From: the human T2T-CHM13v2.0 reference genome, Homo sapiens
Direction: 5' to 3' (one strand)
Assembly (NCBI RefSeq): GCF_009914755.1
Contig: NC_060947.1
Length of the DNA: 64,000 bases
Below are positions 62,268 through 64,000 of the stretch, one piece after another (the first letter of the stretch is position 1; the number at the start of each line of letters is the position of its first letter). The position numbers were made by a program, and so were the translations under genes. Below the pieces are notes generated by a model. That model saw nothing but the letters and a program-made list of their open reading frames with translations, ran no database searches and was not told the origin of the DNA.

Positions 62268-64000
62268 CAGTTGACCCTTGAACAACATGGATTGAACTGT
62301 GGGCGTCCACTTATATGTGGATTGAAAATATAGTATTTAGGTGTGGGGGCTGGGGGTCATATGACTCAGGTGTCCCCGGGCCCTGCTGCCTTCACAGCCT
62401 GGGGCAGCCATGGGATGCCAGAGTGTGGGGATTGGTGGCCAGTGGGTCTGAGGCTGTGTCTACTGAGGCTAAGATGACTGCCTTTCTTGACTGGCCTTGA
62501 CTTTTCCATACATTGTGTGACTCTTGCCCCATGGCCCTTTGGCTGACCTTACCGGAAGCCATGATGACAGCGGCCTTTTGCCATTAGATGCAGGGAGATG
62601 GTGGTGGAAGTGGATACAGCAGTCAGAGAACATCTGGCAGAGACAAATATGGACCACCTGTTCATACAGAATACGAGCTTATTATAGAAAGTCTTTCTAG
62701 TTGTTACAGTTGGCAAGATTTAAAGGATTTTATGCAACAAGCAGATGAAGTAACCTATGTTGATGCTCACAAGGAATGCACAAGTGAGGGCGTTGAGTTT
62801 CACTCCTATTTTGACATGAAGCTTGCTTTGGACAAACTGGATGGTGCAGAAATATTAGGCTTATTGAAGGTAAGCCAGGCACAAGCCATAGGCGATCTGA
62901 TTCTGGAAGCAGATCCAGGTATAGATCTAGAAGATGGTCACGAAGTAGGAGTCGCAGGAGCAGCCACAGTAGATCTCGAAGTATCTCAAAAAGTCACTCC
63001 TGATCAGGTTGCGGAGCAAAGGTCGATCACGTTCTCGTTCAAAAGGCAGGAAATCTAGCTCAAGGAGCAAATCTATGCCCAAATCTGATCTGGGCTCCTG
63101 TTCTTGTTCTCAAAGCAGATCTAAGGATGAGTATGAGAAATCTCCAAGCAGGTCTCTGTCCCGATCTTCCAAAGAAAATGGAAAAGGTGATATGAAGTCA
63201 AAATACAGATCAAGGAGCCAGTCTCGTTCCAATTCACCCCTACCTGCTCCACCCTCAAAGGGTCATTCTGTGTCCCCTCCGCCAAAAAGAGCTACTTCAA
63301 GATCCCGTTCTAGATCCCATTCAAAATAAAGATCAGGGTGCAGGTTGAGTTCCAGAGATTAATCCAGAACTCTTCATTCATTGCGCACTATTATGGAACA
63401 CTTTTCTACTTGCTTAGGCAGTTGTTCTTCCATGTTTATACTTGGCTTCTTTTGCAAGAGGAATCTCCTGAAAACAGGGGCACACAGAAATTTGATTTGT
63501 GGCCAAATTTGATGAAAAAGATGAGGCTCTAAGGAAATGGTGGCATAAAGTCAAAGACCCTCTCCCTTCTTTGTAGAATTAAGATAACTTCAATTTTATA
63601 GCTTTTGAGCTAAAATAACTTTTGTAAAGATTAAGCTCATTTAGATGTTTTTAAAAGTATTTCAGCAGGATCTGCTGCAGGGTTTGTTGTTGTTGTTGTT
63701 GTGTTACTTGTTTGCTTATTTTAAAATTAACCGTTTCAAGCTTTGAATACTTAAGGCTTTAGAGGGACAACCCAATTTTCAATTACATTTGCTTTTTATA
63801 AAGCTTGAGTTATGTAAGCTTTAAATAAAAGTTTGCTACCAAAAAAAAAAAAAGAAAATACAGTATTCACAAGATGTGAAACCCAAGTATAGGGAGGGCC
63901 AACTTCTCATATACGTGGGTTCTGTAGGGCTGACTGTGGGACTTGAGTATATGTGAATTTGGGTATACCCCAGGGACCTTGAACAAATCCCCTGCATGTA
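62268..64000 (+). mobile_element. MER8 (Tigger2-derived MITE) split by the pseudogene (62268-62337 and 63854-64000)
   Basis: Starts CAGTTGACCCTTGAACAAC and resumes GAAAATACAGTATTC...GGAGGGCCAACTT...GGGACTTGAGTAT. Confidence 0.88.
62338..63853 (+). pseudogene. SRSF6: 5'-truncated processed pseudogene of SRSF6 (SRp55), including poison-exon sequence
   Basis: Intronless [20 protein letters not shown]...SWQDLKD (RRM2) and RS domain ending at TAA 63360-63362. Frameshift near 62848 and internal stops. AATAAA at 63824-63829, poly-A at 63841-63853, TSD GAAAATA(T/C)AGTATT at 62324-62337 and 63854-63867. Confidence 0.96.

Noticed and set aside
62588-63329. Functional SR-protein retrogene
   Set aside because: RRM1 and the native start are missing, and there are a frameshift and internal stops. 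It is a pseudogene.

Overview
Primate, very probably human, genomic DNA, and mostly intergenic. Bases ~1-1400 are a CpG island with clustered GC boxes and two candidate minus-strand splice donors. This fits the promoter and non-coding first exons of a gene transcribed leftward out of the window, which I cannot name. The remainder is rich in interspersed repeats: about 34 Alu or Alu-monomer copies, L1, L2 and MIR fragments, MaLR/ERVL/ERV1 solo LTRs and hAT/Tigger DNA-transposon relics, many of them nested with recognisable target-site duplications (TSDs). No intact protein-coding exon is supported. The most notable items are: (1) a 5'-truncated SRSF6 processed pseudogene (62338-63853) inside a MER8, carrying a shortened poison exon and an unexplained GC-rich 5' segment, so apparently copied from a non-productive splice isoform; (2) a tailless SNORD77 (U77) snoRNA retrocopy inside an old L1 (42382-42462, minus strand); (3) an ancient Eulor5-like (Crypton-derived) hairpin at 25890-26050; (4) a near-perfect 7 x 32-bp minisatellite inside a MIR with a T-box site in every unit. 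I see no evidence of a novel multi-gene system. Repeat family names come from my recollection of consensus sequences and need RepeatMasker/Dfam confirmation.
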